From assembly GCF_009914755.1 (NCBI RefSeq), contig NC_060929.1: a DNA stretch of 64,000 nt; one strand, written 5' to 3'. Shown here in pieces: positions 27,217-40,038 of this stretch. The stretch is from the human T2T-CHM13v2.0 reference genome, Homo sapiens. Under the pieces are notes generated by a model. The model searched no databases. It was not told where the DNA came from and saw only the letters and a program-made list of their open reading frames with translations. Each line of letters opens with the position of its first letter. The first letter of the stretch is position 1. The translations under genes and the position numbers were made by a program.

Positions 27217-27983
27217 AGCTAACAGACACAAGGAGAGGTTCTTGCTGGTCATTTCAAGCTATTGCCTTTACATTTCCATGGGATACTGCAATCTGCTTTC
27301 TGTTTAAAAGTAGCCACTGGGGATTAGTGAGCTCCATTGTCTTTTGGACAGTTGATTGGGAACCTGCAAGGCCAAAAATGAAGATGTCAGCAATTCTGTG
27401 TGATAGTTAAAGTGGATCCATCTAACGATTTATTTCTCCAAGTCTTTTAAAAGCCTTAAGTGGAGACTCAGAAGCATGATTTCAGTGTGAATTAGCATCA
27501 GGGAAAAAACATATTCTTCCTTTGTTTTGATTCATGCTAAAGGGCCTGATTTCACATTAGATCAAAAATGTCCTGATTTTTTTTAAAGCAGTACCAAGTT
27601 TAAATATGCTCTCTAATGTCTGCATAAACTTACAAAAGTGTTCCAAAATTTAAATATTTCCGTTTATTAGCGGCATCTTGAACTCCTTCTTATAGGCAGA
27701 GGCAGGGCCATTCCATTGGGATAAGCAAGTCACTATGATGAAGACAAAATTGCAAACTGTTGTTGCATAGACAAATACATCCATTTCCATAATGAAAATA
27801 ATCAGTACCATGCTGCATAGTATACTTAACCGAATTTGGTTAGACAAGTTTGAAGGTGAGTGAGAATGAGGTTCTATTTGACGTAGTGAAATGGAGCCAA
27901 ACAAATCTATTATTCTTGCCTCTAACCTGTGGGAAGAACTTCAACTCCTCTGAGCTTTAGACTTATGAACCTATTTTCTTTAA

Positions 27984-28150
27984 TGCAGTATTCTGCAAAT
28001 TTGCCTGGTGATAAAAGTTACCTACGGTAAGACTTATGTTTTACATTCTATAGTTTCTCTTGAGATCACAAACTGTCTAGGGGAAGGATTGGGGAAGTTA
28101 GGTATTTAATTCCTTGAATTATTTTCATAATCTGAAAACTTGGGGACCCA
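27984..28150. mobile_element. MER5-like hAT relic
   Basis: 'cagtattctgcaaatttgcctgg...aaaacttggggaccc' with degenerate termini. Confidence 0.4.
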
Positions 28151-29203
28151 CAAGCCTTATGTAAATATTTAGAAATTCTGTAATTAATCCCTGAAAATTC
28201 TAAGGTTCATCAGTTTGAGAAACATTGATTTAAGAACCTAAACACTTAAAATAACGATAGGCTTAGTTAGAGAATTTCAAGAAACAGCATTAATATACTT
28301 ACCTCTTAAGAAAAGACAATGGAAATCCCAGAAAATCTCTCCTTTCATGGTGAATTCCAATCTTTATGGCATTTCATCATGGAGGTAAAGGACACATTCT
28401 AGCTGTATTTTTTGTTTTTTACTAATTCTTAGAGCCTATTAGTACTGAAGTCTTTTTAAAGTGAATTGTACAATAGGCTTTGGGCTTTATGCACATAAGT
28501 TACTTTGTTACTGCAATGTCTTGCTATCCTGACTTCCTAAAAGAGCAGTGTTTGTTTTTTATATTACCATCCTAACTTCATTTACTCTGCCACCACTCAA
28601 TATATTATCTAATTTGATATTTATAAAATGTTGTAATACATAAGCTATTTTAAATTAAATTTATAATGCTAAAAAAGAAACTAAAGACATACTTTTAAAA
28701 TGTCTTCAACATGCTAATTATCACTGAAAAAGAGTAGTTTTGCCTTTAAGCCTGTTAAAATTGGTTTAAGTCTTACCTGTACAGTAAATAGTAAAATTTA
28801 AAAAATTCTCAGAGAATTCACAAACCCCTAGGAAAATATGGTACAATCTTTGGCTTGAGAAACTAAATTTGAGCCCATAACCAAATCATGACAGTGGATT
28901 TATTGTTGCATAATTACTTTCAAACTTTTTATTGTCTAATATCCTAATTTCCCATTCTAAAGAAAGCCAAGTTGTCCTAATGAACACAAAATTAACATTT
29001 TGGACTATCTAATATATGTCAATATATACCTAATATATTTAGGTCTAGCTCCATATATGTTATCACATAAGTTTGATAAAAAGGTATTTCAATTAACTGA
29101 TTTTATTTTTTGTGTTTTTCTCTGGGAGAAAGAGACAAGTCACTGGAAAATGAGTATGTGTGTAGTAGAACAACTTCTGGAGCAGTTGGAAGTCCAAAAC
29201 CTC

Positions 29204-29484
29204 TGCCAGGCGCGGTGGCTCATGCCTGTACTTCCAGCACTCTGGGAGGCCAAAGTGGGCGGATCACTTGAGGTCAGGAGTTCGACACCAGCCTGACCAA
29301 AATGGTGAAACCCCATCTCTACTAAAAATACAAAAGTTAGCCAGGTGTGGTGGCGGGCACCTGTAATCCCAGCTGCTCAGGAGGCTGAGGCAGGAGGATC
29401 ACTTGAACAATTGCAGAGAGCCAAGATGGTGCCACTGCACTCCAGCCTGAGTGACAGAGTGAGACTCCATCTCAAAAAAAAAAA
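29204..29484 (+). mobile_element. AluS with a small right-arm deletion
   Basis: Alu dimer lacking 'ccgggaggcggagg' after 'cttgaac'. TSD AAGTCC(A/T)AAACCTC at 29190-29203 and 29485-29498. Confidence 0.96.
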
Positions 29485-31129
29485 AAGTCCTAAACCTCAC
29501 TCTCCTTTGATTTTTACACCCAAAAGGAAGGATGATTGTTTATGTCCAAAGTAAAGATTTTTTGATTATGAAGTTCTTAAACATCAAGGAAAGCACCATA
29601 TAGAATTTAATTGATTGCTCTGATCCCATATATTGCTAAAAGATTTTCAGGGATGATTTTACTATTTCCTTGCAGTCTTTAATTTTTCTATACATGGTTT
29701 TCATGTAGTTTAGATCTATCTAGCTAGCTAGTTTTCTCTCCTACTTTCTTTGTGTCCTTTTCTCCTTTCTTACTTTACAGTGTATTTTTCTTTTCAAGAG
29801 CACCTGTGATTTCTGAATCAGGTATCTTATGTATTTCTGAGACTTCAGAAAATCTAGGATATGGAGGAGGGGAACTGAAACTTTGACTGAAAAATGCGAT
29901 TTTAGGCTGTTATAAGCAATTAAATTACGTACTAGTTAGTTGTCTCTCCAAACAAGGTTATGATTAATAATATTTAGCTTTCCATTTTTATATAGGATAT
30001 AAAAAAGATGAATTGTTCTAGGCCATGCAGTATGTATTTTATAGCATACTCTTGATCTTAGATCTGTCACTAAAAAAACAAATGAATATATGTATAAATT
30101 AATATGAGTGTTAGGTCCTTGAATAAGAATGAGATATATATTTTCTCCCCTTTTGGCAATCTCTATCACAGAAATGGGCCAAGTTGTCACCACATTTAGT
30201 TCATGGGAAATTTGTTTTCTTTTGAAAGTGCTACTCTAGTTTTGTCGTATGAAATAACAACAATTTGTATTTAATTAGTCTAGTACTTCAGAATAGGCCT
30301 TCAACTGTTTCAACTATTTGGAAAAGTCACTCTAATTTTTGTTATCCCAGAAAATCTTTGTATTCTATTAAGAACTAAAATATAATTTGCCAGTCCTTTT
30401 ATTATTACTATTGTTTTTTTAAAACTGCAAGATATGGTCATGAGTATCTGGAAATGGCTCAGAAAATTAAAAATTATAGCTAATAATATTGCATTATTTC
30501 TCACATGGTTACATTAAGAACTCACATGATACTAGGTGCCACAAGTTTTACAGAAAAAAAAGGCCCCTAAAACAAATTTGAAAGAGCAGTTTCTCAGTGA
30601 TTATTAAAAGAATAATACACTTAAAAATAATTGTGTAATGATAATTTTTAAATATAAAAGTGATATTTAACAAATTCAGCTAAATCACAGTTCTATGAAT
30701 AATTTATTTCCTATGTGAATTCATTAAACATATAACTCAATACTCATTTAGTCCTTGCTTAGCTAAGTTGACCAAATTCTCATGTAGCAATATTAGAAAT
30801 GGCTTTTTGTTATTTGGTAGTTTGGCATTTAGAAAAAAAATTTCAAAGTAACACTTTTCATGCTATCTACTGGCCACTCCATGCTGGATTTCAAGAAAAA
30901 AAGACAAGATTTCCATACTTGACCTCTTTTTTTTAAATATATGTCAGCTTTGGATTATTTACTCTATCAACAAAAATATCCAAAATCATAGGTAATTTAA
31001 AATATTCGAATATTTGGTTTTTGAATCTGCAGCTTCACTTTGTGAAGTTACTTCCCAGATCTTCCCAGATCAGAAAATGCCATCCTGTGGAGATCTGAAT
31101 TAAAAAAAGGAAGAAAGTTATACAGTTTC

Positions 31130-31470
31130 TCATTTTTAAAACATTCATGTTTTGTTATAGAAAATTTGGAAAATACAAAAAGAAGAATTAAGAGAAAAAA
31201 GTACTGTCAATTTTACTATTCAAAGTCAGAAGCATTTAATCTTCAGTACATGTTCTTCTAACATATTATCTAAGTCTACCTTTAAAGACTTTTAGAGTTG
31301 GGTGTAAGCAATATGAAACTCTGCTTTTCTTCCCAGCACACACCATATTTTCCCCATATTGTTATACATTTCTCACATATATCATTTTAAATATCTGCAA
31401 AATATTTCATTGGGTTGATGTCCCACAATTCATTTAATCTTTCCTCTATGCTGGACAATGAAAGGACCTG
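31130..31470 (-). mobile_element. Old L1ME/L1MC 3' fragment
   Basis: 'ttatagaaaatttggaaaatacaaaaag' and 'aaatatttcattgggttgatgtcccacaattcatttaatc'. Confidence 0.55.
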
Positions 31471-32542
31471 TAATATTATATTATTTTTTATACAGCTTTG
31501 CTATTCTGTCATTGACTTGTTGCATTTCTCTGTGACTCTATATGTTATTCATGAGAGTTCAAGTCCTTGGGAAGATAGAGCTATCAATAAATTTTAAAAT
31601 GAGATTTTTCTCAATTAAAGTCAAGTGGAGTTATCAGGTGATGATAATGGAAATTGCTTATTCTTATTGAAAGATAATATTCGATATAATTGAATTATTA
31701 CTGTAAAGGTTGGTATATCAATAACCAATCTCAAAATCAGTGTCTTGAAAATTATGTATAAAGCAATATAACCTTAACTGAATGGCAAAAATTATATGTA
31801 CCTAGTAGATGTCCTAATTTGAATTATATATGATTATATTTTATCTAAATGCTTGAGGTTGAATATTGTCATGTTGGGTATTAAACAAATCCCAGCCAAA
31901 AATAATAGTCGGAACCAATTTCTGTACCTCATAGACTCTGTAATGTCTATGATCAGACTGGGATGCAGTGGGGATGGACAGTAGACTGTGCATTTTCTTA
32001 TGTGTCTGGGGTGCTGAATCCAAGAGAGGTTACACTGTTATCTGTTGAAATAACAGCTGGAAACAGAGAAAGGGTTATTGATCCTTTCATCAATAAATCA
32101 CGTGTAAACAATGTAAGCTCCTTGAACTGAGAGGGGAAGATTATGATATCTAATTTCCAGCTTACCTCCTCAAGGAGAGCGGGATCATTCACTAAATATG
32201 TGCAAAGGAAGTTTCAATTCTGAGCTGACTTCCAACATTTTTTTCAGGGAAAATATTATCTCTATTGTTTTATGTCTATGACAAACAGCCTTTACTGTAG
32301 CTCTTCCTTTTAATTTCTCTTTCTCTTGTTCCTTCTCTTCTTCTGCCAGCTTCTTCTCTTCTTTCACCTTCTATGCCTCATTTTCCTTATCTTCTTCCTT
32401 TATTGAACATGACTTTCTTTGAGAGACTCCAATGAGAGTTTCTTAAAAATAAAACCCAGTTCTTAAAAGGCAAAAAAAAAAAAAAAAACCCTCAAAACTT
32501 CCTCCTGTACCATTTTTCTTGACAATGGAAATTGAATACATC

Positions 32543-32904
32543 TATATTAGTCCATTCTCATGCTGCTAATAAAGACATACTTGAGACTGGGTAATTTATA
32601 AAGGAAAGAGGTTTAATTGACTCACAATTTCACATAGCTGGAGAGGTCTCACAGTCATGGTGGAAGGTGAATGAGGAGAAAAGTCACATCTTACATGGTG
32701 GCAGGAAAGAGAGCTTGTGCAGGGAAACTCCCATTTATAAAACCATCAGATCTCCTGAAACTTATTCGCTACATCAAGAACACTATTGGGAAACTGCCCA
32801 AATGATTCCATTGTCTCCCACTGGGCCCCTCCCATGACATGTGGGGATTATGGGAACTACAATTTAAGATGAGATTTGGGTGGGGACACAGCCAAACCAT
32901 ATCA
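32543..32904 (-). mobile_element. Solo THE1 LTR (THE1C/B-like)
   Basis: 'tattagtccattctcatgctgctaataaagacatac...ggggacacagccaaaccatatca'. Perfect 5-bp TSD ACATC at 32538-32542 and 32905-32909. Confidence 0.95.
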
Positions 32905-34479
32905 ACATCTAAGGCATGTCCTACTGGGCAAAAGACTTCTGTCAGCACTGGGTCTCTGGTAGTATTAGAATTGCTAGGCCTGGCCAGTGGATAGAACTAC
33001 TATGATAGGTGAGAGATCCAAGACTGATTTGAGCAGTAGCCAAAAAGAAGAGGGATGGGCATTGCAGGTTGTTGAGGAGGATCAGCCTGTTTTGTAAATG
33101 CAGCAGGTGATTCAACCAAAAGTCACTGAATACTTGATACCATCTAAAGATTTCACTAAATGATGGGCCATAGTTTTTGACAAGTTAGCAAGGCACAGAG
33201 AAAAGGAATTTAAGAACACGTATTAATAGAGTAAAAATCACAAGGACTGACGTTCAGCCTTAAGGCGCCTGCATACAGAGAAAGAGAGTGAGGAGCAAAG
33301 CAATCACAAGTTTAGATGAAAATGCACTTATGGATGTATTTATTTCCCAGTACTTTTGTGCTGATTACACCATAATTGCATAATGTTTTATTACCTATTT
33401 AGAGTTTTCAGAAGATTTTGATGACAGAAATATGTCATTATTTATGTCTAATTAACTATACTATCATTGCTTGGGATCTCAATATAATTAAAATGAAAAT
33501 CTAATCAGAAATGAATGTGTGCACACTGACTTGGTAAAATATTTTTGTGTAAATGTAATAAACAAGTCACAGTTAACTCAGGATGTATTTGTGTTCCTCT
33601 GTACCAAAGTAATAAGAAAAAAAAATAAGCAGGTAGCAAGCTTCAGATAGATTCTTTTGTATCGTCAGTTAATTTCAAAATGTGATTATATTTGCAAGTG
33701 AAAATAAGTTAAATATCAGAGAGTGATTAGACTACATCTAGTTATGCATCTTTTGGTTATCCAAGAATGAGCTGTGAAAGGTATGCTACTTGAATGATGC
33801 ACTGAGCATTTACTTTAGTACTATTCTAATGTGTAATTATAGATAGTTACATCCCAAGACAAGTTGTTGTCTTTTTGAAAAGAAATCAATCAAGTACCAA
33901 CGCATCAATATCAAGAGTATTGTACCCTTCATCAAAATGAGCCATTGCCTAAAGAAGATAGGTATTGGTAGTGAATTTATTTTATCATTTAGATGATCTT
34001 GAAGAATCTTGGTTATTTTGATAACACACTTTATTTTACTCAATCATATACTGACTATAGTGAGGAATCTAAACGTTCTTGGGAGAATTGGCGTTAGGAT
34101 GTGGAGGGCTAGAAAGAGCTGGATGTTTCTTACCATCATAATTGACATACGCCCTTCATTTCTTAGAATAGGAATTAGAATAGAATGTTACTGATATTTC
34201 AGACTAAGGATTTTATCATAATAGTGCTTAGTCTGTTATGAGAATTTTCTTCCTGCAGGATATTCTCCTCATCCCTATCTTCAAAACAGAAGTAGATTCC
34301 TCTCAGTGTTCAAAAGTCAGTATTTTTTAATGGAGGAAAATAAAAATTATCAGTCGTCATCAAAAAGAGCAGCATTACATATCTGTACAGTTTTTGTTTT
34401 ATGTTTGGGTTGAATAAAGAAAAGATCAAGCCAGGGTCTTTCCTTTGATAATTTATAACTTAGGGCATCTTTTGATAGT

Positions 34480-35410
34480 GTAGCTATATACTGAAAATGT
34501 TTCATGCAGGTTGAAACAATTATCTATGGGGTGTAGAATTTTCAATTACATGTCTACATAATTGAGTTTGTTAATTGTGTTCTTTAAATATTGTCATTAG
34601 TAATGTTTTGACTTCCTAATCTGTCCATTTATAAAAAATATAATTATACTTCCAATTATAATTGTAAGTTCTATCAATTTCTTGTAATTCCATAATTGTT
34701 ACTTTATGTATTTTGAGTCAATTCTTTCATGTGTTTACATGTAAATGATTATTTTATTTTCTTAGTGTTCTTTTATTTTCATTATATGATGTCCTCCTTA
34801 TTAACAAATTTGCTTATAATTCAATTTTTATTATTCATTATTATTGGTTACTAGTTATTGTAGTCCTGGAGAATCTTTGTCAATCTCTTCATGTTAAATT
34901 TCCCATGTCATTTTTAGGGTGTGTTTTTTGGAGCCAGCATCTAGCTAGATTGTGTTTGCTTATTGTGTTTACTGGTTTATCTTTTTATTATGTATGTCAT
35001 TTTGTTTTATGTTTTTACTTTATTCTTTCTTTCCAAGGATTACTGTTAGACGTATGCTAGAACTTCTCAAGGTATTGTTTTTGACTTGTTTTTTAAGATT
35101 TCTATTTTATCTTTTTGGCCTATATTCTAGATGATTTTTTTCTATATCATCTTTGAGTTTACTAATTTTTTCTTCACAATACTTCAGATTGGAGTTTGTC
35201 TCATACTTATGTTCTCAATTTCAGTGAATTAATTTTATCGTTTCTTAGGATTTCCAGTTTGTTCTTTAAATTTATCCATTCTTGAATCATTACTTAAAGT
35301 TGATTTTATAATTTATTGTTCTGTTTTAATGAATGCTGTCTCTCAATTTTGCTCTGTAAGAATGCTAAACATACTTATTTTAAAAATAAAAATGTTTTCA
35401 CGTTGCATAT
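34480..35410 (-). mobile_element. Ancient L1M/HAL1-type fragments (antisense ORF2 endonuclease and ORF1 regions)
   Basis: T-rich antisense L1 patterns such as 'ttactttatgtattttgag', 'agggtgtgttttttggagccagcatctagctagat' and 'tttactaattttttcttcac'. Confidence 0.55.
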
Positions 35411-35440
35411 TTTTATCTTATTTGAGATAAATTAGTCAGC

Positions 35441-35742
35441 TTTTTATTTATTTATTTATTTTTACAGGGAGGATTGCACTCTGTTGCCCAACTGGAGCAC
35501 AGTGGCACAGTCATAGCTCACTACAGCACTGAACTGCTGGGTTCAAGTGATACTCCCATCACAGCCTCTTCAGCAGCTGAGACAATGGGAGACGCTACCA
35601 CCTCTATCTAGTTTTTTAACTTTGTGGCAATGGGGGTCTTACTTGTTGCCCAGGCTGGTCTTGAACTCTTGGCCTCAAATGATCCTCCTGCCTCAGCCTC
35701 CCAGAGTGTTAGGATTGCAGGCATGAGCCACCATGACTAGCC
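35441..35742 (-). mobile_element. AluJ (Jo/Jr-like)
   Basis: Diverged dimer with J-type 'tcatagctcactacagc' and 'ggcctcaaatgatcctcctgcc', and a (TTTA)n tail. Confidence 0.92.
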
Positions 35743-35777
35743 CAGCTGTTTTTTCAATGTTGTTGGCTATCTGCCCA

Positions 35778-35891
35778 TTTATTTATTTATTTATTTATTT
35801 TAAGACGGAGTCTCACTCTGTTGCCAGGCTGGAGTGCAGTGGCACGATCTCGGCTCACTGCAACCTCCGCCTCCCGTGTCCAAGCGATTCT
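35778..35891 (-). mobile_element. 5'-truncated Alu, right-arm end only (AluSc-like)
   Basis: 'ctctgttgccaggctgg' shows the single-C loss diagnostic of Sc. Flanked by TGCC(C/T)ATTTATT repeats at 35772-35783 and 35892-35903. Confidence 0.85.
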
Positions 35892-36504
35892 TGCCTATTT
35901 ATTATTTATAGCTTGTATTAAATGGGAGATTTTATTTTTATCTCACATGCCTTTACCCACTTTTCATTGGTAGTTTTAAAGTTGCCTCCAGCCAAACACT
36001 TCAGAACTTCCAAATGATAGCTAAGTCTTATTTTTAACTCTGGACTCTGGTGCCTCAGAGATACTGATGACAGAGAGAATCTAGTCACTAAGCTAGTTTA
36101 TAATATGGCCCACACCTTGGCCTGTAGACTATGTCTTCTTGCTTCTGCTTCTCTTGTTCACTAGAAGCCTTAACCGCAGGCAGAGTTTGGACACAGATTG
36201 GGAGACCTGCCCAAGCCTTGAGTATGATGAGATTTGTCTTATTGACCAACCTGGCATGGATCACTTCTCCATGGATAGTTTCTTTTATTCTTTGAGTTGG
36301 GAATTCCCAGCCAACTTTGTAGAAACCAAGCTTGGCTGGCCTACGTCTATAGTTCTGCTGTGTTACTGTGCTAGAGATGATCATCTTATTCTATTTCTCA
36401 GTTATTTATTTTTTCATTTTTTTACACTTGCATTTTCCATTTACTGTGAGTTAGAAGAAACAGATCTCAAAACACAGAGGTATATAATGCGATATTGTCT
36501 ACAG

Positions 36505-36712
36505 CAGCACTGTCCAATATGCAATCCATTAGACACATGTGGCAATTTAAATTAAAATTATTCAAAATTAAATAATATTGAAAATTTAGGTTCTTAGTCT
36601 TATTAGTCACATTTAAGTTCTCAATAGCCAGTTAGGGTTGTTAGCTACCGTTCAGAATAATGCAGATATATAACACTTTTATCTTCATAGACAGTTCTCT
36701 TGGGTAGCTCTA
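36505..36712. mobile_element. MER3 hAT-Charlie DNA transposon
   Basis: 'cagcactgtccaatatg...acacatgtggcaatttaaattaaa...ttctcaatagcca...tgcagatata'. Confidence 0.8.
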
Positions 36713-36820
36713 GTTCATGGTATGAAACTAAATACTGAAAAGATAAAAAAAGAGTCTGCAGGTATTTAACCTTTTGTGAGGCTATTAGAAGCCCTGAAGC
36801 TCACTGAATTAATACATATA

Positions 36821-37792
36821 GTTCCTATTTCTGTGGGATCGGTGGTGATATCGCCTACTCATCTGACAAAGGGCTAATATCCAGAATCTACAATGAACTC
36901 AAACAGATTTACAAGAAAAAAACAAACAACCCCATCAAAAAGCGGGTGAAGGATATGAACAGACACTTCGCAAAAGAAGACATTTATGCAGACAAAAGAC
37001 ACATGAAAAAATGCTCCTTATCACTGGCCATCAGAGAAATGCAAATCAAAACCACAATGAGATACCATCTCACACCAGTTAGAATGGCTATCATTAAAAA
37101 GTCAGGAAACAACAGGTGCTGGAGAGGATGTGGAGAAATAGGAACACTTTTACATTGTTGGTGGGACTGTAAACTAGTTCAACCATTGTGGAAGTCAGTG
37201 TGGCGATTCCTCAGGGATCTTGAACTAGAAATACCATTTGACCCAGCCATCCCATTACTGGGTACATACCCAAAGGATTATAAATCATGCTGCTATAAAG
37301 ACACATGCACACATATGTTTATAGTGGCACTATTCACGATAGCAAAGACTTGGAACCAAGCCAAATGTCCAACAATGATAGACTGGATTAAGAAAATGTG
37401 GCACATATATACCATGGAATACTATGCAGCCATAAAAAATGATGAGTTCCTGTCCTTTGTAGGGACATGGATGAAGCTGGAAACCATCATTCTCAGCAAA
37501 CTATCGCAAGGACAAAAAACCAAACACTGCATGTTCTCACTCATAGGTGGGAACTGAACAATGAGAACACACGGACACAGGAAGGGGAACATCACACACC
37601 GGGTCCTGTTGTAGAGTGGGGGAAGGGGGGAGGGATAGCATTAGGGCATATACCTAATGTTAAATGATGAGTTGATGGGTGCAGCACACCAACATTGCAT
37701 GTGTATACATATGTAACAAACCTGCATGTTGTGCACATGCACCCTAAAACTTAAAGTATATAAAAAAAAGAAAGAAAAAAGAAAAAGAAAAA
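36821..37792 (+). mobile_element. L1PA (L1PA4/5-like), 5'-truncated, with a short 5' inversion
   Basis: ORF 36946-37557 is the ORF2p C-terminus, followed by the 3'UTR and an A tail. An antisense ORF2 piece lies at 36821-36852. TSD AATTAATACATATA at 36807-36820 and 37793-37806. Confidence 0.97.
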
Positions 37793-37909
37793 AATTAATA
37801 CATATAACAAGATATACACAGACTATGTAATAATTGGATTGTGAATCTATACGTTTTCTTTTCAACATGTCTGTAGTAGCGGACTATGAATTTTCCCCTG
37901 AAATATAAT

Positions 37910-38090
37910 CTTATAGTTTTGCAGCCAGAACATCTGGGTGCAAATTCTATCCCTTCCCCTCACTAACAATTTCATCACTGGCTAGACACCTAACTTCTCT
38001 GAACTTCCACTGTCTCATTTGAAAATTAGGATAAGAGCCGTTTTGCCAACTTTGTGTGATCCTTGAAACGTAATATGTTCTATTAAAGTG
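37910..38090 (+). mobile_element. MIR
   Basis: 'cagccagaacatctgggtgcaaattct...acctaacttctctgaacttccactgtctcatttgaaaattagg'. Confidence 0.6.
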
Positions 38091-38133
38091 GTTTTCTCGA
38101 TTAATTAAAAGGGTTCCTTTTTGTATTTAAAAC

Positions 38134-38428
38134 TTTTTTTTTTTTGAGACGGAGTTTCGCTCTTTGTTGCCCAGGCTAGAGTGCAATGGCGCAATCTTGG
38201 CTCACTGCAACCTCCGCCTCTCAGGTTCAAGTGATTCTCCTGCCTTAGCCTCCTGAGTAGCCGAGATTACAGACATGTGCCACCACGCCCGGCTAATTTT
38301 GTATTTTTAGTGGAGATGGGGTTTCTCTATGTTGGTCAGGCTAGTCTTGAACTCCTGTTCTCTGGTGATCCTCCTGCCTCAGCCTCCCAAAGTGTTCAGA
38401 TTACAGGTGTGAGCCACTGTGCCCAGCC
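38134..38428 (-). mobile_element. AluSp
   Basis: Sp diagnostics 'gagtttcgctct', 'gcaatggc' and 'gttggtcaggct'. TSD TTAAAACTTT at 38127-38136 and 38429-38438. Confidence 0.96.
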
Positions 38429-39856
38429 TTAAAACTTTACATTAAAAAAATCTTGCTTTCCATCATGTCTTCTCAAGTCACATAATGTTTATGCTAATTC
38501 TATTTGAATATTGGGAATATTCATGTTTAGCTATTTTAATAGAGACTTAATTTTGAGTAAATGAGAAAAGTGTAATAACTTCATTCCAAAACAGGTATGC
38601 CTATGGATAACCTGGTTCTTTGGACTAGAGGGTACTAATGAAGGTAATGGTGGTGATAATGATGGCATTCCACTGCAGAATCTCCCAATTGTAGGCTTAG
38701 TGGATGAGGTATATGTATTTCCAACCCTCAGCCTAATCAATTTAAACCTATAGTTTTTTTTTTTCACAGTGTTTAGCACCCATCACACAATAAGTAATTC
38801 ATTTTTATTAGACATAGTAAGCCAAACTATGAAGCTGAAAGCTGAAGCCATCAAAAGGATTTGGCTCTAATAGTTGTATTTGTCTTTATAAATGTACAGT
38901 TTTGTCAGTCTTTTTTTTTTTTTTTTGGTAAAACAGCTTAACATAAACATTTTTATCAAGACATTTACATTTTAAAATAATAAATTTGTTTAACATTGTG
39001 CTCTATGTCACCATAACAAAATATCTATATTCATTCCTGAATCATTTTATTTACTTACTAGAAAAGAGAATCTCTAATTGTGTAATAAAATGCTAATTTT
39101 GAGTGTAAGTAAATGATAGTAATTTTTAAATGATGCTATTTATTCTACTTTAAAAATCTGCCTACTTCTACATATTTTTGCTCATTAAAAACATTTATTT
39201 CTCCTCTATGAAACTGGACCATGTACTATTCTAAGATTTATCATTTATAGACTACTTTTAATGAGATTTACTTAAGTCTTTATACTTATAATATGTGGTG
39301 ATTTGTTTATAGCAGCTGGTTCTTGTAACTATTACCCAATTGTGGTGACATATTCTTTCTGCTTTCAGCTTTTTATGTTATTTATGATTCTGAGTATAAC
39401 TTTATTCTGAAAAATGAATAGTAAAATGAAATTTTACTTGTAAAATATCTTCCATAATTGGGACAATGAAAGGAAGAGGGCATCTACCAATGATGTTAAT
39501 GTGATGGAAGGAAACAAACATATTTAAATATTTAAACCAAAATCAAATATTTTATTTATATATTTATAAAGTATAGCAAAACCTTTTCACTTCTTACTAT
39601 TTCTACTCTGTCTTACATTTTTACTACCAGCTACTGTTATCTCTGGCCTTGAGTGTTAGAATAGACTTTTGTCTATTCTTCCACTCCTGTGAAAAGCACT
39701 CTTTCAGGCACTGAGAATATCAACTTAGCAAGACTGGCATAACCCCTAGTTATGAAGCTCAGAATATTTCATGGGATGAGTCTAGGCACCTGAATGTGTA
39801 GCAAGTTCCTAAGCTGATAGGTTATTTAACAGAAATATTTTGAAAAATATTTCTCT

Positions 39857-40038
39857 AGAGTGATGATTCGCAAACTTAGTAAACATAGGAATCACTGAGG
39901 ATCATTGCTAATCAGATTAGATCGCTAAGATTTACCCCTGATTACTATTGGAAAACATGCAGGAAAGGGTCTTGGGAATCTACACTTTTAATTAGATCTT
40001 CAGATATTCTAATAATCAGTAGAGTTTGGGAAACACTG
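39857..40038. mobile_element. MER5A/B-like hAT relic
   Basis: 'cgcaaacttagtaaacataggaatcactgagg...ttgggaatctacacttttaa...agagtttgggaaacactg'. Confidence 0.6.

Noticed and set aside
36139-36555. 138-aa ORF and a perfect NF-kB palindrome GGGAATTCCC at 36299-36308
   Set aside because: Non-ATG start, no recognisable homology and it runs into MER3. A single 10-mer motif is not evidence by itself.
36946-37557. 203-aa ORF with a Cys-rich motif
   Set aside because: C-terminus of L1 ORF2p, not a cellular gene.
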